Below, piece by piece: positions 61,066 through 64,000 of a stretch of DNA of 64,000 nt (positions are counted from its first letter, which is position 1; the number at the start of each line of letters is the position of its first letter). The translations under genes were made by a program, and so were the position numbers. Origin of the DNA: Methanobacteriota archaeon. Its GTDB lineage: Archaea > Halobacteriota > Bog-38 > Methanoflorentales > Methanoflorentaceae. Under the pieces are notes generated by a model that had not been told where the DNA came from, ran no database searches, and saw nothing but the letters and a program-made list of their open reading frames with translations. The stretch spans positions 416,001-480,000 of the forward strand of contig CAVRAO010000002.1 in the NCBI GenBank assembly GCA_963719035.1, written 5' to 3'.

Positions 61066-62940
61066 TTAACTATTTATTAAGTGCATCACTATTTTTTCAA
61101 CTTCGACTGCCTTGCCATTCTTAAGATTTTTGATGCAACTATGCTGCGCTTCACGAATTTCAGCAGTAGGCTCATTAGCAATAGCCGTGAACTGAGAAAC
61201 CAGCCGCTTAGCCCCGACAAAATTCCCGACACTTACCCGCCGATTAACTCCGCGGACATCTAAAACCGTCCCGTCCATACAAGGCGGGTGCTCACAATAC
61301 AGACATTCAGAAGCAAATCGCATCACCTCGCGAATAGCCTCAGGCTCATCAGTAAATAGCTCAGACCTCTTAAACGGATGCGGTACAATCTCAACATAGT
61401 TGGGCATATCCTTCTTATAGGTGAATGGCTCCAAGCCGCGTTTCTTCAAAATGGCGTTGGCGGCGGTGAGGCCTGAGACGGTGACAGCGGGGGTTCCGGT
61501 GCCCATGCAGGTAGATTCGCCGCAATAGAACAAAGTGTCCCAAGGGCTTCTGATGTGCAGTCTTTTGAACATGTGTTGCCCGAGCATTTGTTTGGGGCCG
61601 GCGACGGCGCCATCATTCTTATTCGTGTAGCGCTCGATGGTGAGGGGGGAGGCTAGTTCGGCGTAGCGGACGGCTTGGCGGAAGCCGGAAAAGCGTTTTT
61701 CAATGACGTCCAGGATGCGTTGGACTTCGAGGTCTTTGCGTTGGCTGTAGGCTTCGGGGGAGAGGGATTCCCAGTTTTCGAAGGAGGGACCTATGGCGAT
61801 GACGGTGTGGACGTCATCATCGCAAAGGGTTTGGTCGTCGATGCTCATGATATAAAGGGTGACTTCGCTTTCGTCGATTTGGTCGGGATTGCCGATGAGC
61901 ATTTCGATAGGCAGGGTATCAGAAGGAATCACGCTTTTATCGACCGTAGTATAAAGAACGACGCTCGGGTACGTTGGAACAAGGTTCCGCGCCCATTCAT
62001 TCAACGAGGGGGGGAGGTAAGAGGTGTCGATGAGTTTTCCATAGAGGTTCCAAACAGTGCCAGAGTAAATGATATCATCGCCGTAGAAGCGTTTGCCGGT
62101 CGTGATTTCGACGCCGCAGGGTTTTTCGCCGTCAAACAATATTTGGCAGACTTCGCTTTCGTAGTGAATTTCACCACCGTTTTCTTCGATACTTTTTTCG
62201 AGTTTGCCGGGCAGGAAGAGGGTGGAGCCGGCCGGGTAGTAGCTGCCGCCGAAGTGGTTGTCCACGAACATGACGGCTGCAAGAATGGCTGGGGCTTCTT
62301 CGACCGTGGCGTAGCAGTAGGTGGAGGTGAGTTTGTCGAAGAACTTGAAAATTTCAGGGTCTTTGAAATACTGCCTCAGGAGGCTTCTGGCTGATTTGTT
62401 CATATAACTCAGGAAACGTGCGTAGGAAACCGGATGGCGTAACAGGCTTTTCAGAGACTCGACTTTGTCGGTTTCGTCGGGGGAGGAGAAAACCGGATTT
62501 TCGACCATGACGTGGTGGTAAATTTCGTTGAGGTCGTAGTAGAAGCGTTTGATGTTGGCTTTTTCAGAGGGAAAAACTATGCTGAGTTCTTCAGCAAAGA
62601 GGTCAAGGTCTTCGTGAAATATGATGCGGTGGCCCTTATAGACAACGGCGTAAAGCTGGTCGTGCTTGATGATGCGGATGGGTTCCTCCAGGCAGTTAAA
62701 AACTAAGCGGTGGGGGCTGAAGCCTTTCTCGCCGAAGCCGTAGAGCATGGCGGCGCCTTGGTCGAAAGTGGTTATGGCAGCTTGGTCAGAGGTAGCGGTG
62801 TCACGTTTGAAAACCCCGCAAGACCCGCCCGGGGTGAAAGTCTTTTCGAAGAGAAGCACTTTTTCGCCGCGTTTGGCCAGAAGGGCGGCAGCGGTTAAAC
62901 CGGAGAGGCCGGAGCCGATGATGAGGGTGGTTTTGGACAC
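61066..62940 (-). CDS. Phytoene desaturase/carotenoid isomerase-like FAD oxidoreductase with C-terminal Cys motif domain
   Basis: IGSGLSGL, FDQGAAMLYGF, SPLTIERY, CGESTCMGTGTPAV; extension CLYCEHPPC. Confidence 0.75.
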   Translation of the reverse strand: MSKTTLIIGSGLSGLTAAALLAKRGEKVLLFEKTFTPGGSCGVFKRDTATSDQAAITTFDQGAAMLYGFGEKGFSPHRLVFNCLEEPIRIIKHDQLYAVVYKGHRIIFHEDLDLFAEELSIVFPSEKANIKRFYYDLNEIYHHVMVENPVFSSPDETDKVESLKSLLRHPVSYARFLSYMNKSARSLLRQYFKDPEIFKFFDKLTSTYCYATVEEAPAILAAVMFVDNHFGGSYYPAGSTLFLPGKLEKSIEENGGEIHYESEVCQILFDGEKPCGVEITTGKRFYGDDIIYSGTVWNLYGKLIDTSYLPPSLNEWARNLVPTYPSVVLYTTVDKSVIPSDTLPIEMLIGNPDQIDESEVTLYIMSIDDQTLCDDDVHTVIAIGPSFENWESLSPEAYSQRKDLEVQRILDVIEKRFSGFRQAVRYAELASPLTIERYTNKNDGAVAGPKQMLGQHMFKRLHIRSPWDTLFYCGESTCMGTGTPAVTVSGLTAANAILKKRGLEPFTYKKDMPNYVEIVPHPFKRSELFTDEPEAIREVMRFASECLYCEHPPCMDGTVLDVRGVNRRVSVGNFVGAKRLVSQFTAIANEPTAEIREAQHSCIKNLKNGKAVEVEKIVMHLINS

Positions 62941-63215
62941 GACATCAAATGTTCGTTTCTTATTTAGGTATTTTTTCGAAAATCCTTATCCGCCATTTTC
63001 ACTTGGGAAATAGGTACTCACTGCCAATCCCACGTTGCGAATTTCAAAAGCATTCATCTCTCCAATACTTCATATATTTATCATACGCGCCGTAAGGCAA
63101 AGAGTGCTGACAACTACTCTACTCGATTCCACGAACCCCATGGTGAGGATGTACGCGCGATTGGATTTATTCCACCCCACTACATCGCCATGCTGCTCGG
63201 CACACTTCCACAGCT

Positions 63216-64000
63216 GTGCAGGTCAATCCCACGACAAGTTCAACGAATGCTAGCGCGCTCAACGCGACTCGCCTTAGCGCACCGTCCTCACAAGCTCAGA
63301 GCAACAATACTAACGCTACGCCGGCCGCAGTTATACTGAAAGTCGATGAATCATCCACAAACGCCCCTGTGATAAGCGGAGTCCTGAGCAGCATAGCGAA
63401 TGGTTTCAATTCGCAACTTACAGGTTCGACGCAAATCGTCGGCGTCGAGAACCAACAAGTTCTTTCATCGCAGTTCAAATATATCGATTTCTTTGTGCCA
63501 GGGATCATAGGCTTGACGGTCCTCACAACCGGCGTGCTTGGCACCGTTGGAACGAACACTCAGTATCGCAACAACGGAATCCTACGGAAACTCGCGACGA
63601 CACCTCTCGGAAAGTCTGAGTGGATTATATCTAAAATGTTGTATCAAACTGTCGTTATATTCATTTCAGCAACCTTAATTATCGTCGTAGCCAAGCTCGT
63701 ATATAACGTAACAGTAGTGCCCAATGAAGTTACCCTACTGCTCCTTTTTGTCGGCACTATATGCTTTACCGGAATTGGAATGATCATCGCGCGTTTTATA
63801 AAAGACGAGGACGCGGCAAATGCAGCAGCAAGCGCGGTCACTTTCCCAATGCTGTTCCTTGCCGGCACTTTCATCCCACTTGAAACGATGCCTGAATATC
63901 TCCAAATAGTTGCAAGGTTTCTTCCGCTTACTTATTTAAACTACGGGCTCAGAGACGCAATGATCCTCGGAGACACAGCAAGTGCATTGTATAACATGAT
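63216..64000 (+). pseudogene. ABC-2 type transporter permease; 5' part missing, runs off the window end
   Basis: Open frame FKYIDFFVPGIIG...GILRKLATTPL...FPMLFLAGTFIPLETMP...LPLTY; no N-terminal TM segment is found upstream. Confidence 0.75.

Noticed and set aside
61675-62394. Long antisense ORFs (also 4318-4896, 36181-36759, 18229-18765)
   Set aside because: Shadow frames of well-supported genes with no recognisable motifs.
1-64000. CRISPR array or rRNA
   Set aside because: No regularly spaced repeats with unique spacers and no rRNA signature sequences were seen.

Overview
Archaeal chromosome segment from a Halobacteriota (Methanomicrobia-like) methanogen or close relative; the taxonomy is inferred from mer, methanogenesis markers 12 and 16, HdrA1B1C1-type genes, cysteate synthase and fused comDE. 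The core backbone carries psmB, aCPSF1/fttA, a coenzyme M biosynthesis + hdrCBA cluster, the upper mevalonate pathway, por, thrC, alaS, pdxS, lhr, mer, a RecJ/Cdc45-like DHH nuclease, nrpRII, hjc, mutY, pdaD and two tRNAs. Four accessory blocks interrupt it: ~3.9-8.0 kb (GH130 and pseudogenes), ~30.3-33.8 kb (membrane-anchored AbiTii-like protein, ClpP-class protease), 43.3-46.5 kb and ~53.2-63.2 kb (carotenoid genes, Staygreen homolog, glycosyltransferase, integrase debris). Main observations: (1) a 3.1-kb element bounded by perfect 72-bp direct repeats of the 3' end of the recJ-like gene, with a split-integrase-like ORF that reads in frame through the repeat; (2) relatives of the same N-terminal module recur twice more, each reading into a different tRNA 3' half (His, Glu), suggesting an integrase family that is retargeted by swapping an att site embedded in its own ORF; (3) an Hdr complex with a cysteine-less MvhD domain is co-operonic with the CoM synthase candidate; (4) single-base frameshifts in housekeeping genes fall at GTAC, probably methylation-linked sequencing errors. 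Family assignments come from motif recognition, not database searches.
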